From contig JBBQQR010000006.1 in assembly GCA_038215615.1 (NCBI GenBank), positions 6,417 to 70,416 of the forward strand: 64,000 nt of DNA, in the 5' to 3' direction. The translations under genes were made by a program, and so were the position numbers. The DNA is from Vulcanimicrobiales bacterium (GTDB lineage Bacteria > Vulcanimicrobiota > Vulcanimicrobiia > Vulcanimicrobiales > Vulcanimicrobiaceae). This document shows positions 42,330 through 50,783 of this stretch, piece by piece. A model generated the notes under the pieces. The model was not told the origin of the DNA, did not search any database, and was given only the letters and a program-made list of their open reading frames with translations. Within the stretch, counting starts at the first letter, position 1; every line of letters starts with the position of its first letter.

Positions 42330-45300
42330 CTGTACGGCGCGCGCGGCTTCCTGATACGCGCAGAGCAAATTCACCAGCGCCATCTGTTCGGGCGTCTTGC
42401 ACGGCGATTCCAATAGGCGGGGGCTGCAGACGATAATGCTCGCGCATTGAGCGCGCGATATCGCGACGTTGAATCGGTTTTTATCAAAAAGGAAGGCTGC
42501 GTCGCGCGGCAACGTCTGCGAACTCGAAGTCGCCATGCTGTAAATCACGACGGCCGCTTCTTGACCCTGGAATTTATCCACCGTGCCGACGCGCACGCTG
42601 CCGTGTCCCTCCGACTCCAGCAACTCTTTGATGCGGATCCGCTGCAAGTTGTACGGCGCGACGATCAGGATGTCGGCTTGCGTCACCGGTCGCGGCGGAG
42701 CCGCGCCTATCGTCACGCTGCCCTGCAATAACCGGCTGACCGCGCCGGTAATCCAGGTGGCTTCCTCGTCGGACTTGCGGCCGTTGCCATCGTGTACCAC
42801 CGGCGCGAACAGCGGTCCGGCGGCCGCAAAATCCGGTGCGTCGATCGAGTTGGGTTCGGTCGTAGGCGAGTTGTGAAGCCGGCCTTCGTAGATGTTCTCT
42901 GAAATAAAACCGGTTAACGCGGGGTTCAATCGATAGGTCGTATCCAAAAAGACGCCGCGGTCGGGCGGAATCGTGCGGTCGCCCGCAAGTAAATGCTCTA
43001 AGATCGAAAGATCGGTCCCGGCGGGATGCGTCCCCTTCGTCACTTGCGGGAGCTGCAGCGGATCGCCCAGCAGTACGACGTTTTTTCCAGCCAAGGACGC
43101 GATCAAGGCGTCGGCCAGCGAAACTTGCCCGGCCTCATCGATGAAGATGTAGTCGAACTCCCGCACGAGGCTCTCATCCGCCCATGCGTACGTCGTGCCG
43201 GCGGCCAGCAGGCACAGCTCGGACGTGAGCGCGCCGAGGTCGTCCTGGCTCTCCATCATCGGCCAATCGGTCAGCGCTTCGTACCTCGATCCTTCGGTTG
43301 TCGCGCTTTCTTTGTGGCAGCCGTGAAAGCGAAACTCCCGTTCTCTTGCGACTTCCTCGACTTTTCGCAGCAAGTTGTGCACGGCTTTGTGACTTTGCGC
43401 GGCTACGCCGACGCGTTTGCCGGCCTGCAGCAGGTCGACGATCGCGTAAGCTCCGGCAGTCGTCTTCCCCGAACCGGGCGGACCCTGCACGAAGAGCGCG
43501 CTCCGACCGAGATTTCCAATGACGCTGGAAACGGAAGCCGGTGTAACGAGCGCGGGTTGAATCGGGGCCGAGCTTTTGAGCGCCGGCGCGCGCGCGAAGA
43601 GCATCTGCAGGGTCGCCGGGTAATCGGCTTGTAGCGTCCCTGCGGCGTACCCTTGCGCGATCCGTTCCATAGCAGCGCGTTTCTTGTGTTGCGGAATCGG
43701 CGTGCCGGGGATGAGCGCGCGCAAGGCGGCCGGCTCGATCGCCTTGGTGAGTTTTATTTTCAGTTCGCGTTTCGCGCCGTCGATGGAGACAATTTCGCCG
43801 GCCCCTTTTTGCGAGTACGGGTCGTGACAGCCTTTGAACGGGAGTCTGTGCTCCTGCGGCGGGAACGTGTAGGTGTAGACCAGATTGCGATCTTCGGGAC
43901 TGCGCTTGTATGGCTCGATCTCCACGCGCAACGTGAGATTTCCGAGCGCCTCGTCATCATATTCTTGCAGATCTTGCGGGTTCGCGCAGCGGTCGAAATA
44001 TTTCCACCACTCGGGTTTGTGTTCGCGCCTGTGATACTGCAGCAGATTGCCCAGTAGCCACCGGGCGCGAAGCTCATCGCTCCAGCCGCGCAGCTCGGCG
44101 GCCGAGTCCGGAGCCGGAAGGCCCTCGAGAAAGCCTTTCTCGAGATCGGTTTGACTGGTTTCCTCCGCGGGTTTGACCACCGGCGCGCCCCGCCACTCGA
44201 GCGGCTCTTCACGACCGGTGTTGAGCTCGTCGCGGAGAACGCGCAGCCATTCCCGCAGCTGGAACGTGGAGCGGCAGTCGTCTTCGTTATAAGCGCGGAT
44301 GTCTTCTAAGATGGCGTCGTCGGGCTGGTCGAGCCACGATTCGAACATGACGATCGACTCGTCGCCGCCCTTGACTTGCGTCTCGCGCTGCAGGCCGTAA
44401 AATGCCTCAACTTTTTTGATCGAGTAAGACGGCTGAGAGATCACCAAGCCTTGCCGCACCACCGGGTAGAGATCGACGAAGATGCCTTGCCGCAGGAAAT
44501 CGTCAACCTCGCGTTCACGCGACCCGTAACGGCCCATGAGTCGCTTGAGAACGGAAATCTCGTACGAAGCGTAATGGTAGACGTGCGCGTCCGGGTATTC
44601 TTCGCGACGCCGCACGACGAAATCGACAAACGCTTCAAAGGCCGCGCGTTCGAGTGCCGGATCGGTTCCCCAAAAGGCCTGATACGTGTCTTCGGCCGGG
44701 AGATAGAACCCCCAGAGATATTCCAGGCCGCGGTCGGCGCGGTACAGCGGGTCGCCTTCGATATCGAAGAAGATGTCGCCGGGATCGGGTTTGGGGAGCT
44801 TCGCGAACCCGCCAAGCTCGTCGCACGGGCGGAACTTGTAAAAGTGTTCGCCTTCCCCGTTTGCGCGGGACGTGCGGTGCAGATGCTGCTGCTGCGCCTG
44901 ATCTTTCAGTCGCTCGAACGCAGCTGCCGACATCTTGTTCGGCTTCTCGACGGCGGTAGCCAGTTGTGCGAGCGTATGGATTCCGCTCTTTTCGAGCTTG
45001 GCGATCTGATCGCGCCGGATGCCCGCGACCAAACTCAAGTGGTCGTCGTCATCGCGTCGCTTCGTGCACTGAGCGCTCCATGGACAGATAACGCAGTGAG
45101 CGCATTCGAACGGGTAGACGTCGCCGCCGGTCTTGACGCTTTCCAAGAACGATTGTTTCAAGTGCCGGTAATACGCCGCAAAGTCGGCTAAGAGAAACGG
45201 TGCATCCTCGCCGCTCCCGAGCACGATGTGTCCGAACTTCGGGGCGGTGCCTTGCACGCGCTCGACGTGCTCGCTGTAATTACAGAGCTGAATGAGGAAA

Positions 45301-45743
45301 TACGGTTTGGGATGCAGCGCGAGCTTCGTGTCGATGACTTCGTAGCTCCAGTCCCAGTGTGCCGATTTCGTCTCGGTGCGCCGCAAGAAATCCGCGTGGC
45401 CCACGAATGTGCCGTCGAAAAATGTGGCCTGGTAGATGTAGCGGACGCCTTGCTCCATGGCGCGTACCGTCCGGGCTTCGGCTTCGCGCAAGCCGGCGAT
45501 CGTCTGTTCGGGGGGACGATCGAATATCTCGACCTCCGCTTGGAGTTCGGTCAGACGCCGTAGGTAATGCCGCTCGTGTTCCTCACCCTTGCGGGCGATG
45601 AGCGCGGTCATGGGGTCGACTTGTGCCGGGCGCTCTTTCTGCCCCAGCGCGACCAGGCGGTCTAGCTCGGTGAGATGGCGGCACTCCAGAAAGTTGTTGA
45701 GGTCGGAAGCCGAGTAGACGGGGGCGCGATCGATGCGCTGCAT
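42261..45743 (-). CDS. RecB-like (Cas4/PD-(D/E)XK, Fe-S) nuclease, RNase H-fold exonuclease-like domain and SF1 (DNA2/Upf1-like) helicase fusion
   Basis: 1160 aa. N-terminal SASDLNNFLECRHL...YEVIDTKL...CAHCVICPWSAQC gives the Cas4-like Cys cluster. The middle DIEGDP...YHYASYEISVLKRL...YNEDDCRST is DEDD-like. The C-terminal region has Walker A GPPGSGKTT, DEAGQ, VDKFQGQEA and NVAISRA. Confidence 0.85.
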   Translation of the reverse strand: MQRIDRAPVYSASDLNNFLECRHLTELDRLVALGQKERPAQVDPMTALIARKGEEHERHYLRRLTELQAEVEIFDRPPEQTIAGLREAEARTVRAMEQGVRYIYQATFFDGTFVGHADFLRRTETKSAHWDWSYEVIDTKLALHPKPYFLIQLCNYSEHVERVQGTAPKFGHIVLGSGEDAPFLLADFAAYYRHLKQSFLESVKTGGDVYPFECAHCVICPWSAQCTKRRDDDDHLSLVAGIRRDQIAKLEKSGIHTLAQLATAVEKPNKMSAAAFERLKDQAQQQHLHRTSRANGEGEHFYKFRPCDELGGFAKLPKPDPGDIFFDIEGDPLYRADRGLEYLWGFYLPAEDTYQAFWGTDPALERAAFEAFVDFVVRRREEYPDAHVYHYASYEISVLKRLMGRYGSREREVDDFLRQGIFVDLYPVVRQGLVISQPSYSIKKVEAFYGLQRETQVKGGDESIVMFESWLDQPDDAILEDIRAYNEDDCRSTFQLREWLRVLRDELNTGREEPLEWRGAPVVKPAEETSQTDLEKGFLEGLPAPDSAAELRGWSDELRARWLLGNLLQYHRREHKPEWWKYFDRCANPQDLQEYDDEALGNLTLRVEIEPYKRSPEDRNLVYTYTFPPQEHRLPFKGCHDPYSQKGAGEIVSIDGAKRELKIKLTKAIEPAALRALIPGTPIPQHKKRAAMERIAQGYAAGTLQADYPATLQMLFARAPALKSSAPIQPALVTPASVSSVIGNLGRSALFVQGPPGSGKTTAGAYAIVDLLQAGKRVGVAAQSHKAVHNLLRKVEEVAREREFRFHGCHKESATTEGSRYEALTDWPMMESQDDLGALTSELCLLAAGTTYAWADESLVREFDYIFIDEAGQVSLADALIASLAGKNVVLLGDPLQLPQVTKGTHPAGTDLSILEHLLAGDRTIPPDRGVFLDTTYRLNPALTGFISENIYEGRLHNSPTTEPNSIDAPDFAAAGPLFAPVVHDGNGRKSDEEATWITGAVSRLLQGSVTIGAAPPRPVTQADILIVAPYNLQRIRIKELLESEGHGSVRVGTVDKFQGQEAAVVIYSMATSSSQTLPRDAAFLFDKNRFNVAISRAQCASIIVCSPRLLESPCKTPEQMALVNLLCAYQEAARAVQLTPAAAAVNEPAKEIAKKFQPK

Positions 45744-45812
45744 GGTTCGAGCTTACCGTGGCATTGTGCCATACGCCTGGCACACGGGAGCTAAGGATGC
45801 GCGAAGAACAGC

Positions 45813-46670
45813 TTAGATCGGATGGGGCTTGCGGTCGGCGAGTCGCAGGCGGCGCCGCAACTCTTGGCTCGGGACTCGAACGCGATCTGCCAGCCGGACC
45901 AGCCAGAGTAAGCGGATCGTCCACCAGGTCATATCGACCTCGTACCAAGCCATGCCATGGCGAGCCGAGTACGGAAATGCGTGATGGTTGTTGTGCCAGC
46001 CCTCGCCGAAAGAGAGGAGGGCGACCCACCAAGAGTTGGTCGAGCGATCGCTCGTTTTGTAGGTCCGGTACCCGAACATATGCGTGGCGCTGTTGACCAG
46101 CCAGGTCGAGTGGTAGGCGAAAACCAGGCGTCCGAAGATGGCCCACACGACGAACGGCCAGCCTCCAAGCGCGAACATGATACCCGCGAACGCGAGTTGG
46201 ATCGGAAAATTCAACCGGTAGAGCGCGCGGTAGAAAGGATCGCTCCACAAGTCCGGACAGTACTTCTGAAACTCCGGAATCGTGCGCGGCACGTCAGGAT
46301 TCGGTTTGAAGATCCACTCGATGTGCGCCCAGCTGAAGCCGCGGCGAACGTCGTGCGGATCGCCGTTCTGATCGGCATGGGCGTGGTGCCGGCGGTGCGT
46401 CGCCACCCACGAAATCGGGTCGCCTTGCATAGCCAGCAATCCCATGATCGCCGTTGCGTATTCGACCGGCTTGACCAAGCGGACGCTGCGGTGCGTCAAC
46501 GTGCGATGGTAGCAAAGTGTCACGCCTAGCGCGCCCGTCGCGTATGCGACGCATGCTGCGGCGATAATCGCCGGCCAGGTGAAGAACAGCGGCACAAAAA
46601 CTGCCAGGGCGCAGAGGTGAATGATTAAAAGGCCTATGCCGTTTGGCCAGTTTGGACGCGCGTCTACCAT
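45813..46670 (-). CDS. Acyl-CoA (stearoyl-CoA-type, delta-9-like) fatty-acid desaturase
   Basis: Three His boxes (HRTLTHRS, HRRHHAHAD, HNNHHAFP) and four predicted TM helices. Confidence 0.9.
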   Translation of the reverse strand: MVDARPNWPNGIGLLIIHLCALAVFVPLFFTWPAIIAAACVAYATGALGVTLCYHRTLTHRSVRLVKPVEYATAIMGLLAMQGDPISWVATHRRHHAHADQNGDPHDVRRGFSWAHIEWIFKPNPDVPRTIPEFQKYCPDLWSDPFYRALYRLNFPIQLAFAGIMFALGGWPFVVWAIFGRLVFAYHSTWLVNSATHMFGYRTYKTSDRSTNSWWVALLSFGEGWHNNHHAFPYSARHGMAWYEVDMTWWTIRLLWLVRLADRVRVPSQELRRRLRLADRKPHPI

Positions 46671-46712
46671 TTACAGAGCTTTCCCAATCCAGCTTCGCTT
46701 GAAGCGTGCCGG

Positions 46713-47147
46713 TCAGACTAATCCGGCACGGATGGCGTGTACGGCGACTTGAGTGCGCGCCGTCAGACTCATCTTCGCCAAGACGTGCGAAATATGATTC
46801 TTCACGGTTTTGTCGCTGAGTTTGAGCCGGCTGGATATTTCCTTGTTCGAAAGCCCTTCGGCAACCAAGCGAACGACGTCTAGTTCGCGATCCGACAATG
46901 TTGAAAATGCACGGACGGCGGGCCCTGAAACTGCTTTCAGCGGCGGGGGTAACGCGTCGGGCGCCATTCGTCTGAGCGTATCGATGGCCTCGGCGATGGT
47001 CATCGCCCGCAGCGTGGCTGCGAGCGAGGAAGTCTCACCTAGGTCGTCGATTTGGCGGTCCAGCTCGAGCAACCGGCCGAGGGTCCCGGAAATAGTGGGG
47101 TCTGGGCCGGAAAAGACTTCTCCGGCAGCTTCTTGAGAAACAGCCAT
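46713..47147 (-). CDS. LuxR-family HTH protein (solo, no receiver domain)
   Basis: C-terminal LSDRELDVVRLVAEGLSNKEISSRLKLSDKTVKNHISHVLAKMSL is a GerE/LuxR HTH. The N-terminal roughly 80 aa are unassigned. Confidence 0.85.
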   Translation of the reverse strand: MAVSQEAAGEVFSGPDPTISGTLGRLLELDRQIDDLGETSSLAATLRAMTIAEAIDTLRRMAPDALPPPLKAVSGPAVRAFSTLSDRELDVVRLVAEGLSNKEISSRLKLSDKTVKNHISHVLAKMSLTARTQVAVHAIRAGLV

Positions 47148-47182
47148 ATCCGAACAGGGTACCCGGCAGGCTTGTCCTGGGC

Positions 47183-47221
47183 CTTACGGACTATAACAAG
47201 CTCCTTACAAAGTGCTTACAA
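47183..47221 (-). promoter_or_regulatory. Heptad direct repeats with 11-bp phasing plus a -10 box (SARP/OmpR-style activator-dependent promoter candidate) facing the LuxR solo operon
   Basis: The minus strand reads TTGTAAG-cact-TTGTAAG-gagcttgt-TATAGT-CCGTAAG. The plus strand has CTTACAA at 47204 and 47215 and CTTACGG at 47183. TATAGT is the complement of 47190-47195, 8 bp from the proximal repeat. Confidence 0.4.
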
Positions 47222-47274
47222 GAAAGGCCCCGTCCGAGGAGTCCGGGGCGGTCCGCCGTCGTAATGAGAGCGCG

Positions 47275-50145
47275 ATGGGGGCCGGTGTGAAGCCTGCCGG
47301 ACTGGAGATCCGGCGCGACGCTCTGCTTGACCGGCTTGAGAGGGCCCGGCCGAAGATTTCGGCCTTGCTCGCCCCGGCAGGTTTCGGAAAATCGACGCTG
47401 GCTCGCCAGCTTCTCGCGGGCAAGACGAACGCGGCCATTTGCGACGCCAGCGAGGTTTCGGGCGAACTGGAGCTCGCGCGCCGGCTTATCCCCGCCCTGG
47501 CCGCCGAGAATCCGAAGCGTACGCAGACCCTTACCCAACGCGAGCTCATGATGGGCGACGCGGGGACGGCCGTCGCCGACCGCGTGAACCTCGCGCTGGA
47601 AGCGTGGAAGGAACCGATCGAAGACTCGACCTTCGTATTTGAAAATGCCGAACATTTGGTGCGCGATCCCGCAGCGCGTGATTTTTTTAGCCGCCTATTA
47701 GCCCAACGCCCGCCCGGTCGCGACGTCGTCATCTGTTCGCGCGAAAATCTGCGCGTGCATCTGACGAGGTTCGCGCCGCCGCACGAGATCGTGACGTTGC
47801 GAGCCGAAGACTTGGCGCTCGATCGATCCGAGCTCGGCGACCTCTTCGAACCCTACAGTGACCGACCCGGATTCGTCGCGCGGATCATGCAGCTCTCGCA
47901 AGGCTGGCCGATCGCGGTTTTTCTGCTCCGCCGGTTTGCCGGCGAAGGCCGGATCGACAGTTTGCTCGAGAGTTTGAATGACGTCGCGTTCGAAGAGCTG
48001 CACGACTATCTTGCGGATCAGGTGCTCGCTTCACTCGATCCGCCGCTGGTCGATGCGCTCTTCGCGTGCGCGTGCATCCCCAACGCTCGCGTTGCCGACT
48101 TGCGTGCCGCACTCCCCAAAGAGCAAGCGGTCGTCGCGCTCCAAGAGTTTGCAAAAGGATCGCCGTTCATCACGCGTTCGGATGAGGCGTTCGTTCTGCA
48201 TCCGCTGCTCAGCTCGTTGTTGACGGAGCGCCGGGGAGACGAGCGCGCGGATCTGTTGGCGCGGGTCGCCGGGGCTCATACCCAAGCCAAACGTTATCAG
48301 CGCGCCGCCGAGCTGCACTTGGCGCGGGATGATCAAGAAGCGGCGGCCGAAGTGCTGGCGCGCCACGAAGTGATCCGTGACCGCGCCCCATCGATGGAGT
48401 ATGCGCGCGTCTTGGCGTCGCTCGACCATTCCCAGGTTCACCGCTACCCGCGGCTCTGGGCCGTGACCGCGATGTTGCGCATGTTCTGCATTGATTGCGA
48501 AGAACTGCTCGACGAAGCCGAATCGCTTTGGCGGACGCTCTCGCCCGAGGTAAGTGCCTCCGAGCGCGGTTACGTTTTGCTGTTCCGCATCATGCTCATG
48601 AGTTACATCGGCTTAATCGACGATGCTGAGAAGATGCTTGCGGAATTTCTATCCGGCCCGCGCGCAGCGGTTCAAAGCAAGGACTACGTGGAAGCATACC
48701 TTGGATACGTCCTAGGCGTCATGCGATCGCGTGTGGGCCGCCTGGAACAAGCCGAGCGCGATTTAACCATTGCGCTTCCCAAAATAGGCAGCACGGATAT
48801 CGCCGGTTCGGGAGCGCTCCTGACGCTAGGCGCCGATATCGCGCGAGTGCGCGGCGAATTTGCCGTGGCGCGGCAATTTATCGACCGCGCGCTGGAAAGC
48901 GCGCGCCGCTCGGGTCTATGGAACTTCATCGCGTTCGATTTGGCGGAAGCGTGTTTCGGAGCTTGGTTTGCCGGCGACGACGCGGCGTTCGTCCGGTACG
49001 GCATAGAACTCGACGACGTCGTCCACCGCAACGGTATTCGGTGCATCTCATTTTTTGCGGCGGCCGCACGCGGGCGGGCCGAAGAGCCGGCGGATGCCGA
49101 CTTACTTAAATTCGTCGCTTGCGGGCGGATGATCGCGGCCGCCGCTTCGCACGACCGCAGAACGGCCGTTCGTCAGGCGCGCGCGGCCGTTACCGCCGCA
49201 CAGCGGCTTCGCTCGCCGTTTACGCTTTGTTTGGCTTTCTTAACGCTGGCGGCTTACGACGACGCAAACACAGCGGAGCATTTTGAAAGAGCGGTTGAAG
49301 CGGCGGCGCGATGCGACTCGCCGCCATTGCACAATGCCGTTCGTGCCGTGGCCGAAGGCCGCGCCGACTACGGAATGCTCAATCCGTTCATGATGCGGCT
49401 GCAGCATGAACGAACGGGAACGGCGCCGCTGCTGGAGGTCGTACTCACGGCCGGCGTTGCGCGCGCGGCCGGAGAAGAAGTGGCGCTATCGGAACGAGAG
49501 TTTGCGCTGCTGGCGGCGCTCTCGATTCGCCGCGAGACCGTCCCGCGAGCGCGCCTAACCGATCTTCTGTGGCCGGAACTGGATGAACGCGCGGCGCGGA
49601 ATGCGCTCAGCGTTTGTCTACACCGTCTGCGGTTGCATCTGCGCATCGATCAGAGTGTCATACGCAAGAAGGACGGATACGCACTGCACGACGACGTACG
49701 CGTCGATCTCTGGGAGATCGATCGCACGGTGACAGCCTTGCGATCGCGAACCGCGCTGGGGGACAGCGAGCGGGCACTCTTTTCCGGCATCTACGAACAG
49801 TTACGGCGCAAAAGACCCGAGCGGATGCTTCAGTGGGACTGGTTCGAACCGACTGAACGGCATATTCGCGAACTGCGCTTGGAAGTGGCGCACCGGCTTG
49901 CGGGGGATGCCCTAAGCCACGGACAAGTGCACCACGCGCTTGAGCTTGCCGAAGAAATGATCGGCTACGATCCTTGCGATGAGGCGGGCCGCGAGCTTGC
50001 AATCACCGCGCACTTGCGTCGCGGAGATCGGGCCGCCGCAATGCGCCAGTACCGGCAATACCGCGAGACGCTTCTCGCCGAATTGCAGTGCGAGCCGTCC
50101 GATGAAATCAAGGAACTCGTCGGCCTTGCGCAACACACGGCGTAG
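47275..50145 (+). CDS. MalT-like STAND ATPase with helical repeats and a C-terminal OmpR-type winged helix plus BTAD (SARP-type) module
   Basis: Walker A LLAPAGFGKSTLARQLL, Walker B-like TFVFENAEH, SQGWPIAVFLL; wHTH LSEREFALLAALSIRRETVPRARLTDLLWPEL...LSVCLHRLRLHL...DGYAL; BTAD ...ALELAEEMIGYDPCDEAGRELAITAHLRRGDRAAAMRQYRQYRETLLAELQCEPS. The start is ATG 47275 (preferred) or GTG 47212. Confidence 0.85.
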   Translation: MGAGVKPAGLEIRRDALLDRLERARPKISALLAPAGFGKSTLARQLLAGKTNAAICDASEVSGELELARRLIPALAAENPKRTQTLTQRELMMGDAGTAVADRVNLALEAWKEPIEDSTFVFENAEHLVRDPAARDFFSRLLAQRPPGRDVVICSRENLRVHLTRFAPPHEIVTLRAEDLALDRSELGDLFEPYSDRPGFVARIMQLSQGWPIAVFLLRRFAGEGRIDSLLESLNDVAFEELHDYLADQVLASLDPPLVDALFACACIPNARVADLRAALPKEQAVVALQEFAKGSPFITRSDEAFVLHPLLSSLLTERRGDERADLLARVAGAHTQAKRYQRAAELHLARDDQEAAAEVLARHEVIRDRAPSMEYARVLASLDHSQVHRYPRLWAVTAMLRMFCIDCEELLDEAESLWRTLSPEVSASERGYVLLFRIMLMSYIGLIDDAEKMLAEFLSGPRAAVQSKDYVEAYLGYVLGVMRSRVGRLEQAERDLTIALPKIGSTDIAGSGALLTLGADIARVRGEFAVARQFIDRALESARRSGLWNFIAFDLAEACFGAWFAGDDAAFVRYGIELDDVVHRNGIRCISFFAAAARGRAEEPADADLLKFVACGRMIAAAASHDRRTAVRQARAAVTAAQRLRSPFTLCLAFLTLAAYDDANTAEHFERAVEAAARCDSPPLHNAVRAVAEGRADYGMLNPFMMRLQHERTGTAPLLEVVLTAGVARAAGEEVALSEREFALLAALSIRRETVPRARLTDLLWPELDERAARNALSVCLHRLRLHLRIDQSVIRKKDGYALHDDVRVDLWEIDRTVTALRSRTALGDSERALFSGIYEQLRRKRPERMLQWDWFEPTERHIRELRLEVAHRLAGDALSHGQVHHALELAEEMIGYDPCDEAGRELAITAHLRRGDRAAAMRQYRQYRETLLAELQCEPSDEIKELVGLAQHTA

Positions 50146-50151
50146 CCTAAA

Positions 50152-50754
50152 ATGATCGCAATCATCTTGGCCGCGCTGACTGTGAAGCAGTCTCCGTCTC
50201 GACAACCATCCCCGGTCCGGCAGTACGACGTGCTCGTCTCCGCCGGTCACGAGGGCCGCCCAACGAGCTGCGCGCGGTTCCCGAAACGTCGTTGTAACTT
50301 AGGAGCTGCGGGCGAGCGGCAGTGGACTCCGATCGTCGCCGACGAAACCGCCCGCTCTCTGCGCGCCTCGGGATTCAGCGTCGCTCGCGAGCCGGCGGAT
50401 TTCGATGGCTCCTTCAATGTCAAGGCTGCTGTGTTTATCCATTTCGATGGCAGCGATCGCCCGTGCTCGACGGGTGCATCCATCGGCTACCACGACAGCG
50501 GATCGAGCGCTGCGGCCAAGCTTTGGCGCGACATGTATTCGCGGTATTTTCCGTTCACGTTTATGGCAGATAACTTTACGGACAATTTGCGCGACTACTA
50601 CGGGTTCCGGCAAGTGCATGCGGCCGCCGGCGCGCTGGTGATCGAGCTAGGCGAAGTCTCGTGTCCGGCGCAGCGGCAGTGGCTGGCGGCGCGGCTGAAG
50701 CCGGCTGCGGACTTCATCGCGGACTTCATAAGGGAGCTGATCGCCAAGAAGTGA
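50152..50754 (+). CDS. N-acetylmuramoyl-L-alanine amidase (Amidase_3-like)
   Basis: VLVSAGHEG...GAAGERQWTPIVADETARSLRASGFSV...AAVFIHFDGS...GALVIELGEVSCP follows the Amidase_3 H/E/H-type pattern. Short hydrophobic N-terminus. Confidence 0.72.
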   Translation: MIAIILAALTVKQSPSRQPSPVRQYDVLVSAGHEGRPTSCARFPKRRCNLGAAGERQWTPIVADETARSLRASGFSVAREPADFDGSFNVKAAVFIHFDGSDRPCSTGASIGYHDSGSSAAAKLWRDMYSRYFPFTFMADNFTDNLRDYYGFRQVHAAAGALVIELGEVSCPAQRQWLAARLKPAADFIADFIRELIAKK

Positions 50755-50783
50755 ATGCAACAACGCGCGGCTAAAGCGCCCGT

